A program made the translations under genes and the position numbers. The notes under the pieces are model-generated. The model did no database searches. It worked only from the letters and a program-made list of their open reading frames with translations, and was not told the origin of the DNA. DNA of 63,748 nt, filler included, from Licmophora abbreviata (taxonomy: Eukaryota): the NCBI GenBank assembly GCA_900291995.1. It is 11 parts of 11 records of this genome, joined end to end, with 100 filler letters (N's around TTAATTAATTAA, not from the genome) between each part and the next. Parts side by side here need not be neighbours in the genome. Positions count along the whole stretch, not along the records: positions 30,441 to 46,170 come from OLMU01000791.1; positions 46,271 to 50,308 come from OLMU01000792.1; 9 more parts are not named here. One strand, 5' to 3'. Each line of letters starts with the position of its first letter. Within the stretch, counting starts at the first letter, position 1. This document shows, in pieces, positions 34,256 through 47,130 of this stretch.

Positions 34256-34783
34256 TGTGGTCGCAGGATGCACAACAAATCGAAATTTGTGTGAAGTTTT
34301 CGACGCGATGATGATGCTTGGAACAATCGATGTGGAGGTGAAATACGACAAAGGAAAGTATTGCAATATCCAAAAAGGAAATGAATAAGGAAAAGCTTTT
34401 GCCACGCTGCCGTACTCACGACTCACTCAAAAGAAAAAAATAAAGCACGAATCACCATCGTGCGGTCGAGTAGACCATCATCACGAAACACTACTATTGT
34501 CTAGGTGACGGGCTCGACGCTACTGACGAGGTGTGTGTGCAACTGATAATGCTTCCGTCTTCCACCTAAACATGGTCACACGCGATAGAGCGAACGGACT
34601 AATCCAATTTCATTCTAGTCTAAAAGGTTGTTTCAGAAGAGAGGTCTGCGGTCTATGCGACGTACAACTGAAGCGGTATGTCGTAGCTAGCTCCAAGACC
34701 TCCTAGAGTGCGCATGTGTCACTGTAACTGCACATGTAACTTCTGTACACTAATTATTACTATTTCCTGAGCCACGTGCATAC

Positions 34784-37032
34784 TTACGGCCGAAAGATGC
34801 GGATGAAATCGCATTCGACATTGCAGACTGGGCACGTGCTCATGTTTTCCACGCACGTGATGCAGCAAATCTGGTGCCCACATGGCGTAATCACGCAATC
34901 AATGGCGTTGGCATAACATATAATACAAGCGTCCGTCAAAGACTCGTCCGCGTCACTCGAGCCATCGGCGGTGCCCGGGGCGTCCTCGACGTCTGGGATC
35001 GAAGGGAGCGACTGATCGTCTCCCAGACTACTGCATGAATCATCATCACCTTCGTAATAGTCGCCATTATCCCAACGAGGAACGGCCACTTCGCCTGTAT
35101 GGCGCATATGATGGGCTGGTGGCAAAGCCAGCAGCACTGCCTCAAGAGCACGAAGAGACAACTTTAAGTCTTTCATCTCGTGCACGGACTGTCCTCTGTC
35201 AACGGCAATGTAGCGAAGAACACCCACGTTCGAACCCCTCATCGCAATGCTTAGAACAGAACGACCTTTGGATGTGAGAATGGGCACACCTTCAGGTTTC
35301 TCTCGATTCTTCTTGATTTTGGCGTTGCCTTTCCGCACAAGTTGGATGGGAGCGAAATGTTCCTCCATTAGCCAGCGCACAATGTCCAGGTTTTGTCCCT
35401 CCACTGCGCAGTGGATGGGATGCCTTCGAGATCAAGGAGCAACAAGCCACAAAAAGACGAAAAGTTAGACAAGGCGGATGTCGAAGCTGATGCATATCCA
35501 GTGCTGAATCACAACGAGGCTTACTTACACTTGTTCTCCTTTCGTAGGTGGAAAGGAACACCGAAGATTGACGTTGCCGGTTCCGTACAGGGCGATCGCT
35601 TGATCGTAGTCGCCCAAGAGCAGTGCGTTCTTGAATGCACCTGAAATATAGTCACAGCTTTTACAGACCTTCATGCTGGACTCGTTCTTCAGATTGAAGA
35701 GCTCGGGTAGTGATTTCGCTGGCCACGTGGCACTGCAGCTGTTACAAATGCAAGCTCCACAGTTGCGGCAATGACTTGCTCTACGGAACACGGCAAACTT
35801 GCCGTTGCAGATGAAACAATTTGGAGAACCCTGGAAAGGCATCATCTTTGGCGGTGCATTGGCGATCGCGGACTCACGAGCCTCTTGCTCGGACTGGAAA
35901 GCGAATGCTTTCAGATATTTAGAAGCGGTAGTAGGATTGGTTGCGACGCCTTTCTGATTTGTGTTGATAGTAGCGATCCACAAGTTTGTAGCCGTGTTTT
36001 GATAAACAGTAGCAGAAAGGAGGATTCTCGAGTGGACTCGTTCTGGAGGGTCCGATATCGCGCTACTAGTTCCAGTTGATGTGCTTCGCCCAGGAAGATA
36101 CGACTTCTTCGCTTGACTTGGGACAGAGTCACCAAAAAGTTTCTGCATTATCCCTGCCCGCGGTGGTCTTCCTGGCTGCTTCCCTGGACGATTGACACTC
36201 CCGGATGTAATATTTCTTCCAAAGAAATCGCCGGTCACTTCATCGGCGCTTGACGTGCGGCCTCGTCGTACTAGAGTCCTCTTGTTCCAGACACGTAACC
36301 AGGACCGATGCTGTTCGAACCAACAATTACTGGAGACGGACGGGGAGAGCGTGTCACCGGTGGTCGACTCGACGGCCTACTACGACTCACTGATCGGTGG
36401 TGGCGCCTTGTTGATGGAGGGACAGCCGATAGCACCTCTCGTGTTTTCGATCTACCTCGGGTTGACGGTGCCGGAGCACGAGTTCGACTCAAGGAACGGC
36501 CTCTTTTCTCTGATGGCTGCTGCTCACCCGTCCGTTGAGATGACCGAGAACGCTTCTGCTGGGAAATGGACGGGTCAGTCACACAAGGACGGGACCGCGA
36601 TCGGCCACGCAACACGGCGCTTGTGTCGGCCGTCGACGACGAAGCAACATCGTTAGAAGTTGACGCACGGGGATGCGGGCGGCGTGGACGTCGATGGGGA
36701 GGGGTTCCGATAGGTGGACGGCCTGAGACACCAGAGGATGATGCTCGAGGCTGAGATGATGGAACCTCATCGTGTCCATGAAGAATCGGCGAAGGCGGCG
36801 CGACGGGCATCCAAGACGCATCACTGTTGATCGGACGCTCCATCCAAGAAACGACAGGACTACCATCGACAGATGAGGGAGGGTCCGACTGCACTCTCCT
36901 TCCTGACGTCCGACGAGAGCGTGACCGACTGCGACTTCTTCCCTTTTTTCGATCACCATGCTGACTTCGCTTGAATTTTCCGGTGCTGTCGAATGGGACC
37001 CACTCGTTCTCGTCGACCTCCACGGTCATCAT
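34784..37032 (-). CDS. FYVE-like + ankyrin-like + RING protein, paralog C (intron 35528-35424; frame break or 50-nt intron near 36280-36330)
   Basis: RS-rich N-terminus; 'CFIC...RASHCRNCGACICNSC...KVCKSC'; 'HPIHCAVEGQNLDIVRWLME'; 'CIICYANAIDCVITPCGHQICCITC...CPVC'. Confidence 0.85.
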
Positions 37033-37797
37033 GTTGGGTAATGATCGAATAGATTCTTCTGAGACCCGTGCGAAGATGACGACTGTGGTTGTTGACAAGT
37101 GTGATACGATGGCGATCGAATGATGTTGTGATCACAGAAATGTGGCGATTGTGCTTGTTGGCGGCTTTTTGGCGAATGATTGATTATTGATTAAAATATG
37201 AATGGCCAAACGGTTATAATAATATTGAACCATGAGTATGCATTCAAACAAAGACCAATAAGTATGAAACATCATGATGCTCCTCAATCGTGTCAATAAG
37301 TTCGAAGGACGTTTGCAAGGACAAAATGGCCTCTCGAATGCCAGGCCAGAAGATCGCCACGCTAGTGATGTTTTTACGGACCGGGGAGCTCGTCACATGT
37401 TGAATGTGAAATGTGAGCCTCGACGGAAAGAGCTTGCGAGCGATCCACGAGAAGAGGCGTGTTAGCGTGTACTTGTCCCGTAACAATCGGTCCAGCATAG
37501 CGAAGATCTGATCTTCCAATAGTGCATACCGCAAAGCTTCCATGAGCTTCAACTCAGTTTGGTGGGCAGTAGACAGGACGTGTTAAAGGTGACGGAGCCT
37601 TGCGAGCTGTGCCCGACCAGTACTTGAGACTGGTGATAAATAAACACACGTGCATTTTGAAGGACGAGATGCACATAATTAGTCCGCAGTGTAAGAAACT
37701 TGTGTTATAATGTGTAAATATTAAGGAGAGATGATGAGGCGACACAGAAAGGCTGTCGCTCCGTAGATTCCCCTGCCGCCATTGAATCGTCAAAAGT

Positions 37798-38628
37798 TCA
37801 ATACTTGCGGACAAACTCTGCTCGTCGATGCAGACCACGGTACAGGTAGAGGGTACCTGTTAGCATTGGAATTTTGACCACTTCGTCCTCTATATTATGC
37901 CTTCCCCTCTTGGAGTTGCCACCCGAGCGCTTGACCGGTCCCTGACGTGTTCGCTTCACACCACCGGTCGGCAAGTCGTCCTCGGGAGTTTTTGCCTGTC
38001 GCCTCAGACTGCGTTGCTCCCGCGCGGAGGCCAAGGCATTATGGTGTTCTGAAGTATCACCGAGTACCCCGGAGGACGATTCTCCTTCCGAATCAGCAGG
38101 CGAATTCTCGTCCGAAAAGGTGACAGACTTTTTCTTGTCCTTGTCTTGATCTCGTTCCGCCGGTTCCTCACTACTGGAGGTGCTACTCCTACGTCCAGTG
38201 GAGCTGCCTGATGACCGGAATTTGGTGCTACTCAATTTTGCCTTGCGCAAGTTCGTGGGAGAAGCGCGGGACGATTCGGATGCGTCTTCTGCCGTTCTCA
38301 GGATTTTCCCAAACACGTGTTCGTAGAGCTCTTCGTCCTTCCAAGGTTGGCCGTCGAACTTGACAAGCCAGCGCGGGTTGGGGCTGGTTCCTGTTGTCAA
38401 ATTGTAAGCGAGTCGACCTTCTACAACATCTCCATTGCGAGTAACCTGTTTCAGTCATAACAACGTCGTCGTCAGTAACATATAGATGACGAGATTTTGA
38501 GGATACCTTTTGGTTTGCAGTACTACAGAATCTGGATGGTCACTCACCTCTACAATGTGACCCACGCTGTATGTCGAGTTCCCCTTCGGTTTTGACCGAC
38601 GCGACGAGCGTCGCACTGAGTCTGACAT
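37798..38628 (-). CDS. Basic, probably nuclear protein with a Tudor/SH3-like N-domain and a conserved C-terminal motif, copy 1; exons 38628-38548 and 38445-37798
   Basis: Spliced 'YSVGHIVE|VTRNGDVVEGRLAY...PRWLVKFDG...EELYE'; C-terminus 'EVVKIPMLTGTLYLYRGLHRRAEFVRKY'. Confidence 0.75.
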
Positions 38629-39090
38629 GACTTTGGACCGTATTTGCTATGCGAGATCAGCTTCAACGGTGCGGGCAAAAAAAGGAATGTGGACTCGTGA
38701 CTTCTGACTTCTCTGATGCTTCAACCGTTGGCGCCCGCAAAAAATGTGGACGGCGTGGAGCGAAGTTTAACAAAATGCATATTCAATATTCAGATGTGTA
38801 TCTCCAAATAATTTGGGTCATCGCCAATTTGTCTTAATGACCTTGACATTTGTACAGTTCGATATCCAACGTAGAATCATACGGGTTCGCAATACTGGGA
38901 AGTGTTCGTGAACCATGCCAAGATTGAAGCACACACGCTTTCTGCTCTTCTTTGCTGCCTCTCCGGCGCTGAAAAAACGCCACCGAGCAAAAAACGTGTC
39001 TCGAACTTTCTCCTTGTGTTTGACACACAAAGTTTTCATCAGTCGGCGAAACACAAGGAAGCTCAACGTTGTTTGACTCATCCTCTCATC

Positions 39091-39902
39091 ATGGCGCAAG
39101 CTACTCGCAGATCCCGTCGTGCCGTCCAGAAGTGCACACCGGAGTACAACGTTGGCGATATCGTGGAGGTACGATGCTTTTATTCGTTTACAAAATGTTC
39201 TGGTGTAGTCTCAGGAACTACGAGATCCTTGCGTTTTGATGTACAAGTAACACGCGTCCATGCACGACTGTAGCACTCACTGCTCTCTGTGCACTCGTTT
39301 GTCATCTTTTCGTCTAACAGATCACTCGTAGCAACAAGGAGACGGCCATTGGAAGTCTCGCTTACAAACTCACAGATGTTTCTGCCGTCATTCCACGCTG
39401 GTTGGTGAAGTTCAACTCGCCCAACGCCAAGTCAGAGGAAGTCTACGAACGCGACATTCGAAAGATATCTGCGAATGATGTTACCACTAGCTACGAGGCT
39501 CCTCTCAAGTCCAGTCTTCGCGTTCCAAACAACAACACTAACACTGATCGCAAGCACAAGCGTGAACCTACGGATGGTGACAGGGATCAGCCGGATCGCA
39601 AGAAAGTGAAGCGTGTCTCATTTTCGGATGCGTGTGCCTCGGACGACTCCACTGTCGCTGCTGGTACTGTTTCCAGTCAGGACAAGGTCATGTCTCGTGC
39701 GGAGCGTTCTCGTCGTCGCCAAGATCGCATGGACGCAAGTGCTGCACGCAGTCATACTCGTAAACGCAGTCGCGACATTGGCAAGGAAGTAAAGACCAGT
39801 CATGATCCCAACGAAGAAGTTGTCAAGATCCAGCTCCTTACTGGTACTCTCTACCTCTACCGGGGAGCGAATCGCCGAGCAGAGTTTGTTCGGCACGTGT
39901 AA
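39091..39902 (+). CDS. Paralog of the preceding gene, copy 2 (head-to-head); exons 39091-39168 and 39321-39902
   Basis: Spliced 'YNVGDIVE|ITRSNKETAIGSLAY...PRWLVKFNS...EEVYE'; C-terminus 'EEVVKIQLLTGTLYLYRGANRRAEFVRHV'. Same phase-0 intron site as copy 1. Confidence 0.75.
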
Positions 39903-40181
39903 AGGTCGTATGATCTCATCATGCGTATGCAAGCGAATCTTCGGCGACGACTTGACGCGGGTACTGTTTTTGCTACGCTTGGAAGCGCAGCATGTATATA
40001 TACGACGCTCGAGTAATTTCCCCCTGTACTACGTGATAGGCAATAACTATAATGCCTCTGATGGTTTATGGTGTTCCAGTAGCTGTGCAACTGGTGTCGT
40101 CGTATCCACGGCTGTCATAACTGTCGTTTTGTAAGAATATTCTCTACATTCGGTGGTGAGAATTATGAAGTTTCGACGATC

Positions 40182-40667
40182 CTACCCTGCTTCTGTAGCA
40201 GCCTTGTGTTTGGCCCCTTCTTGTCTCGCCCGAATCTCCCTTAGCTTCCCTTGCATGGCGATGGTGATCTGCTCAACGTTTCCTCGCGTCACTTGGATGA
40301 CTTGCGTTACATTCTCACTGTTGGCATCGACTAGTTTCAACCTGCGTGAGAGGAAAGAATTCGTTTCCTTGGTAGTCTTTTCCGCATAAAAGCCAGTTCC
40401 CAGATCCACGAGAAGTTTGGTGGGATCCTTGATCTTGCCTGGTACGTAGAGGCTCGCCGTCAGCGGCACCATGACTTGTTTTCCTTCCCAAGAAGGGGAT
40501 AGCTCCGAAACAGCATTCTGGGTAGCGTTCAGCCTTGCGGCAGCTGTCCGGAGCTGCGAAAATTGACTATGAAGGGCTTGGAGTCTCGCTTCTTCTTCGT
40601 TCTTGAGACGATCAAGCTGATCAAGGGACATGCGATCCAAGTCGATACCGCCTTGCTGCTCACTCAT
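40182..40667 (-). CDS. PFDN5: Prefoldin subunit 5 (alpha type)
   Basis: 'VMVPLTASLYVPGKI...LLVDLGTGFYAEK' between two coiled coils; 161 aa. Confidence 0.95.
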   Translation of the reverse strand: MSEQQGGIDLDRMSLDQLDRLKNEEEARLQALHSQFSQLRTAAARLNATQNAVSELSPSWEGKQVMVPLTASLYVPGKIKDPTKLLVDLGTGFYAEKTTKETNSFLSRRLKLVDANSENVTQVIQVTRGNVEQITIAMQGKLREIRARQEGAKHKAATEAG

Positions 40668-41181
40668 GGCTGCTGCCGAATCGAATCACTTGAAAATTCC
40701 AAGAGTGAAAGTAATTCAATCAGAAAATTCTTCTTACTCTGGTACTCGACTGAATACGATCGCTGTGGTGCGCTTGATCGACTGCAAGGCTTTGTCGTCT
40801 CCACAAACCTGCTGCTCTTCTCCCAGCCACGGCTTCCAATTGTCACTCCTTCCCACCGCCGCGGGTTTCGAAACTCGCGTCGCACCCCTTAATTTTGGGG
40901 CGCGCTTTTTGGTAAATGCACTCATCAGGTAGTAATAGCCGTATAAAATTTAATGTCCTAAGACCCGTAGCTATGTGATATGTAAAGATGTCATGACATT
41001 CTGTAATTGAGGTCGATACTGAGGTGCACGCATGTTGATGTCAGTACTTGTTCTACGGACATCTATCGATGACCATTTTTGTAGAACGCCCTCGTACATT
41101 TCTACGTTCTACTCACCATCATCGCTGCTCGACCAGAGGAATTTTTGCTGCTTCTCAACCCCAGCCCACTCTTGCGTGACC

Positions 41182-42987
41182 ATGGCGACGACAACGACGT
41201 CTTCTCCCGTAATTAGCGGCGTTCGAGGTGAGGACTCGAAAATCCCGAAACTAGAAGACGATGTTGCATCCATAGATGGTCCTCTGGTTTCATCTGCGAA
41301 TCGAAAGACGTCTCCGACGAATGGTCAAGACCAGTCGCGAATTGCTCCGGGTGACATGCTTTCACGCCTAAGTTTGAACGACGACCAACGAAAGGATGAG
41401 CTGGAGCTGCTCGGGGCTGATTCATTGACGACGCAGCCGCCGACTGCGAGGCTAGCGGAAGGAAAGGATCCTGGTGACCTGGGGGCCGCATTATCTTCGC
41501 CACCACCCGACGGCATCCTGAGTTCAACCGGCGGTGAAGCCCATGCTCACGCCGATGCCGCTACCGAAGCCAGTCAAGCACTCCAGGCCCTTCAGACGGC
41601 CGCGGCCGCTGCCAATGGACAACCCCAGATTCCTATTGAGCAGCGACGAAGTTCAGGCGCACAGCGAAAACCTACTGCGCCGAATACGGGAGATACAGGA
41701 AAGTCTCGTGGTGGCGGCAAAGGCGGAGAAAAAGACGAAGAGGAAGAAGAGGAGTTGTTGGAGGAAGAAGATGACGATGAGGATGAAGAGAGCTCGGAAA
41801 TATCGGCATCGGATGAAGATGGCTCCTGGATCTCTTGGTTTTGTAGTTTGCGGGGGAACGAGTTTTTCTGCGAAGTAGATGAGGATTATATTCAGGTAAG
41901 CGCGAGAATGTCGAGGCTGGTGGTACAAGACTAGAGGTGGCAGTGCTCATGTTGGTTGGAAAAGTCGAGACTACAGCGCCCGAGGTAGTCGCCGAGAACG
42001 CAGGCGAATTGCGCGTCGAGCCTTTCAAACAGAGGGAGAAGTTCAACACCGCCGCTCGTCCTTGATTGTCACGCTCACATCTTGCGTTCCATTTTGCTCA
42101 TTGCAGGACGACTTCAATCTGACAGGCCTTAATGGATTGGTTCCTTACTACGAATACGCTCTGGATATGGTACTTGATGTCGAAATGCCCATGGAGGATT
42201 CTTTAACCGAGGTGCGTCACTTCCGTGTTTTGCCGGATGATATATACCGTCATGCGAAACGCGTGTTGTTCCGCTCACATCCAACCCTTCCGAAATCTTT
42301 TCCTCGTGTTCGTCTTCAGGAACAACAAGAAATTGTGGAATCGGCGGCGGTGAGTTCGACCTATACTGTCCATGGCTCACTCCTGCTAACTTCCCCTTGT
42401 CACTTCTAACGCGAATCTTTCTTTGTTGTTTTCGGGCATTTGCATCGTCACAGGAAATGCTGTACGGGCTCGTTCACGCTCGTTACATCGTTACAAATCG
42501 AGGAATGCACGCCATGTACGAAAAGTATCGAACAGCTTCATTTGGACGTTGCCCGCACGTGTTTTGTCAAGGACAGCCAGTTTTGCCGGTCGGTCTGTCT
42601 GACTTACCACGAAATTACACAGTCAGTGTCTTCTGCCCTCGTTGCCACGGGCTATTCTTCCCAAAGAGCACGCGTCAAGCGAATATTGACGGTGCCTACT
42701 TCGGAACAACCTTCCCTCACTTGTATTTAATGACACATCCGGTACGTTCATGTCCGGACGAAGTGCTTAAGTCTCTGCTTCATTCTTCTCACACTGCCGC
42801 TGTTCTTTCCTTGCAGGATATGGTTCCAATAAAACCGTCTCAGCAGTATATGCCGAGAGTGTATGGGTTCAAGATCCACCAGTCTAGCTTGTACTACCGA
42901 AACCATGAGGAAGGTCCGCAACATAGCCAATTAGAAGGTGAGCGGCGTTCGAGCCGAAAATCAAAGCATAGGTCAGGTCGAAAGTAG
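41182..42987 (+). CDS. CSNK2B: Casein kinase II regulatory beta subunit with long N-terminal extension; exons 41182-41895, 42107-42211, 42320-42349, 42454-42741, 42817-42987
   Basis: '[32 protein letters not shown]', '[10 protein letters not shown]', zinc ribbon 'CPHVFC...CPRC', '[12 protein letters not shown]'. All four introns are phase-0 GT-AG. Confidence 0.97.
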
Positions 42988-43445
42988 AGGCTCCCACCTT
43001 ATCCGAGGGAGTTGACCTCTTAGCAAAGGAAATTTCTAGTGAAAAGCCTAAGTCATTCGCAAGTCATGCCTCAGCTCACCATCACATACCGGTTTCTAGC
43101 GTTACCAGTAGACAATAAGCTTTTGCTCAATGCGCTCAACCATGTGATCGGTTGCTGACAACGAGGGTGCGGCGGTCGTCGTCGTGCGTGTTGTAGCCGG
43201 ACCAAAGAAGGAATCAGGAATATTTGTAAATCAAGAAAATGATTCAATGGCATGGATCGGTTGGACTGCCACGTGTCACCACGCACGCGCTGAGGACCGT
43301 CCATTCATTTTTCGCGCCAACAATAGCTTTGTGCGTCAGTCAATCGCGCCGCGGTGATGCCGAATCGAAATTTTCTTTGTTGTGCGAAGTCATCATCACT
43401 TTTCCTTTGCTCTTCTGTGTGCAAGCAGCAAGAGATTCACCCATA

Positions 43446-46066
43446 ATGGTTGTTGCAAGAGGATTCGCCGGTGCAGCCGCACTGGCCTTGGTCATCTCTA
43501 CAGCCACTGCGTTCGCACCAAACTCGGCTTTTGTCCGTAGTCCTGCGAGCCGCGTCTCCGCTGATGGGCTTCAGGTCGAGGATGCATGCGTCGACAGGGT
43601 AAGTGGTGCAGTGTGTGGGCAACATAATGTTTATGAGTTCACGTCTTCTAGACCGCAGCGGCGACATACCACGCGAATGAAGCTGTCTTCTCTGGCATTT
43701 TGGTGCAGAGAACCGTCCCTTACTCTGTTTGTTCTGCAACGACTCTTCTCACCACTCACCATTCTGGAATCGAATATTTTTCAATACAGAGCACGTCTTT
43801 GAACATGGTCGCCCAAACCATTGATAAGAAGGAGGCCTCTTCTGCAAAGCAACGCGAGGTGGACTTGGATTTTTACCGAAACATTGGTATCATGGCTCAC
43901 ATTGATGCCGGAAAGACCACGACGACCGAGAGAATCTTGTACTACACTGGGAAGTCCTACAAGATTGGAGAGGTTCACGAGGGAGGAGCCACCATGGACT
44001 GGATGGAACAAGAACAGGAACGAGGAATCACTATCACCTCAGCTGCCACCACCTGCGCCTGGAATGATCACCGAATCAACATCATCGACACCCCTGGCCA
44101 CGTCGATTTCACTCTGGAGTAAGTCACTTGCATTCGTATTGTGTCTGTGCATGTTCACGTTTCTATGGAAAATTTTTCCCACAATGAAATCTTTCTCTTT
44201 CACATCAGGGTCGAACGTTCCCTTCGTGTCCTCGACGGTGCCGTCGCTGTCTTTGATGGTGTCGCTGGCGTCGAGCCCCAGACCGAGACGGTCTGGCGCC
44301 AGGCTGACAAATACAAGGTTCCCCGTATGTGTTTCCTCAACAAGATGGACCGCACGGGTGCCAACTTTTACTATTGTGTGGATACTATTGTTGATTTGCT
44401 CGGAGCTACCCCCGCTGTGCTCCAGCTTCCGATTGGATCCGAGTCCGATTTCCTTGGCGTTATCGATTTGGTGACCATGGAGGCTATTGTCTGGCGTGGA
44501 GAGGATCTCGGCGCCTCGTTCGACCGTATCCCGCTCGACGAGTGCAACGACATCCCTCTAGTCGATGATGAGCTCAAGGAAAAGGCGAAGGAGTACCACG
44601 AGAAGCTTGTCGAGCTTGCCGTGGAGCTCGACGAAGACGTTCTCATGAGCTATCTAGAGGGCGAGATGCCGGACGTCCCGACGCTCAAGCGACTCCTCCG
44701 TAAGGGAACTCTCGATCTCTCTTTTGTACCCGTCCTCACCGGAACGGCCTTCAAGAACAAGGGTGTCCAGCCTCTTCTTGATGCCGTTGTTGACTACATG
44801 CCTTCGCCCCTCGACGTCGAAGCCATTGCGGGTGTCTCCGAAGACGGCGATGAAGACGTCCGACACTCATCTGATGTCGAGCCTATGTCCGCCCTTGCCT
44901 TCAAGATCGCCAATGATCCTTTCGTTGGTTCCTTGACCTTCACGCGTGTGTACTCTGGAGTCATGGAGGCTGGTTCCTCGGTGTACAACTCTGTCAAGGG
45001 AAAGAACGAGCGTATTGGACGTATGTTGCAGATGCATGCCAACGACAGAACTGAGATTAAGTCCGCTGTCGCTGGTGATATTGTTGCTCTTGTTGGTTTG
45101 AAAGACACTACAACCGGAGAAACTCTTTGCGACAAGGACAACTCTATCATTCTCGAGAAGATGGACTTTCCTGAGCCTGTTATCAAGGTCGCTGTCGAGC
45201 CCAAGACAAAAGCCGATCAGCAGAAGATGTCCGAGGCCCTCATCCGTCTTGCTGCCGAGGACCCCTCGTTCCGCTTCTCTCGCGACGAAGAAACTGGCCA
45301 GACTGTCATCGAGGGTATGGGTGAACTGCACCTTGAAATCATTGTGGACCGCATGAAGCGCGAATTCAACGTTGAGGCCAACGTCGGTGCCCCACAAGTT
45401 GCGTACCGCGAAGCCATTACTGCCACTGCTGAGGTCGATTACACACACAAGAAACAGTCGGGTGGATCTGGTCAGTACGCTCGTGTCAAAATCATCTTTG
45501 AGCCTAAGGAGTTCTCTGAAGAAGAGGGCGCGATGGACTTTGAATTTGCGTCCGATATCAAGGGAGGATCCGTGCCTAAGGAGTATGTTCCTGGAGTGCA
45601 GAAGGGTATCGAGTCTGTTTTGGGAACGGGTGTCGTCGCTGGTTTCCCGGTCCTCGGTATGAAGGCTACTCTCGTTGATGGCGCTTACCACGATGTCGAC
45701 TCGTCTGTCATGGCGTTCGAGATCGCCGGGCGTGCCGCAACACGCGAGGGACTCAGGAAGGCCAAGGCCCGTCTCATGGAACCGCTCATGCAGGTTGATG
45801 TCACCACTCCTGAGGAATACATGGGAGATATTCTTGGTGACGTCAACTCTCGTCGTGGAATGGTTGGCGATCTCGGAGAGCGAGGAAACACCAAAACGAT
45901 CTCTGCGCAGGTGCCTCTCGCGAACATGTTCCAGTACGTGTCTACGCTTCGCTCGATGAGCAAGGGCCGTGCCAACTACTCCATGAAGCTCGCAAACTAC
46001 GACTTTGTCCCTCCTAGCGTCGAGGAGGAGTTGAAGAAGGGGTTCACTATGGATGAAGAAGACTAA
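43446..46066 (+). CDS. fusA: Plastid elongation factor G; exons 43446-43598, 43790-44118, 44209-46066
   Basis: Bipartite presequence 'ATA-FAP'; '[15 protein letters not shown]', 'DTPGHVDF', 'NKMD', '[10 protein letters not shown]', 'YHDVDSS'. Confidence 0.98.
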
Positions 46067-46272
46067 GCGAGCAACCTATATGTCTGTAGAATAACACGAG
46101 AAGATAGGCTAGACGTTACTTTCGTTAGCTTGCAACAGTCGACATAGCGTCGAGTTAACAGCCGCTGGACNNNNNNNNNNNNNNNNNNNNNNNNNNNNNN
46201 NNNNNNNNNNNNNNTTAATTAATTAANNNNNNNNNNNNNNNNNNNNNNNNNNNNNNNNNNNNNNNNNNNNCC

Positions 46273-47130
46273 AACAGGGATCGAAGTCTGCATTGGTTTC
46301 ACGCGTTCATGTTGAGCGTCATCTCAGGCTATGGAGGTGCTGCCTTCACTCCGTTTTGGCTGGGAAAGCCTACCTCGATGCTCAGCAACGACATGAACAT
46401 GGCGGCGTGTATCATAACGTTCTGCATCGTGAACTACGCTCCCTTCGACATAGGGTACAAACTCGGAAATACGCTACTCGTCACATTGGTGACGACCACA
46501 TTTGCTCAGCTGTTCCGTACGATGGGAGTGTGCAAGTTCACGAACATTGCGTTTGAAGAGTTCAGACACGCTCCTTCTGAGTACTACCCTATGCCCGTGT
46601 TTGGTCCTATCGCGTACGGAACGCTGCTAGGGAACATGAGCGGCTTCTTTGTGAATGGGTTCCACGGTCACTTGGGAAAGGGGATGCCATGGCCGTTTCA
46701 GAATGGATTGTTTTGCTGCACGCTCTACCACTTTTTCGTGCACGATGACGAAGGCTTCATAGGCATCTCGCTGCGCAACGCCGTTCATTCCTTCCCAATG
46801 CTTCAAGGAAACCTTGACGACAAGACCTTTGCTCTTGTCTTCGTCAGTATTTTCATGCAGGTTGTTGGTATCCTCCAGATTCGTCACTGCCTGGGACCTG
46901 GTTTCAGTCCTTTCAATTGGATTCCTATGGTTCCTGCGTCTTTGTGGCGGCTTTTGCCAAAGTCGGAAGTTGATGCGCCGGAAGGAATGCCCACTGCGGG
47001 GAACAAAAATACGCGAGAACTTTCGGCAACAGCGAGCAACGGCATGAATGGAGATGGATCAGCGACAGTACCCGACAACCGCATCAAGAAACGAAACAGA
47101 AGGAAACGGACGAAAGTAAAAGAAACGTAA
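46273..47130 (+). CDS. TRIC/TMEM38-like cation channel, 5' truncated by gap
   Basis: Multi-TM protein; 'FMLSVISGYGGAAFTPFWLGKP...LSND', 'AQLFRTMGV', 'GTLLGNMSGFF'; basic C-terminal tail. Confidence 0.6.
   Translation, partial: NRDRSLHWFHAFMLSVISGYGGAAFTPFWLGKPTSMLSNDMNMAACIITFCIVNYAPFDIGYKLGNTLLVTLVTTTFAQLFRTMGVCKFTNIAFEEFRHAPSEYYPMPVFGPIAYGTLLGNMSGFFVNGFHGHLGKGMPWPFQNGLFCCTLYHFFVHDDEGFIGISLRNAVHSFPMLQGNLDDKTFALVFVSIFMQVVGILQIRHCLGPGFSPFNWIPMVPASLWRLLPKSEVDAPEGMPTAGNKNTRELSATASNGMNGDGSATVPDNRIKKRNRRKRTKVKET

Noticed and set aside
44867..45691. Long antisense ORFs (274 aa here; also 58955-59773, 29460-30191, 21412-22008)
   Set aside because: They are shadows of codon-biased, conserved genes on the opposite strand and contain no motifs.
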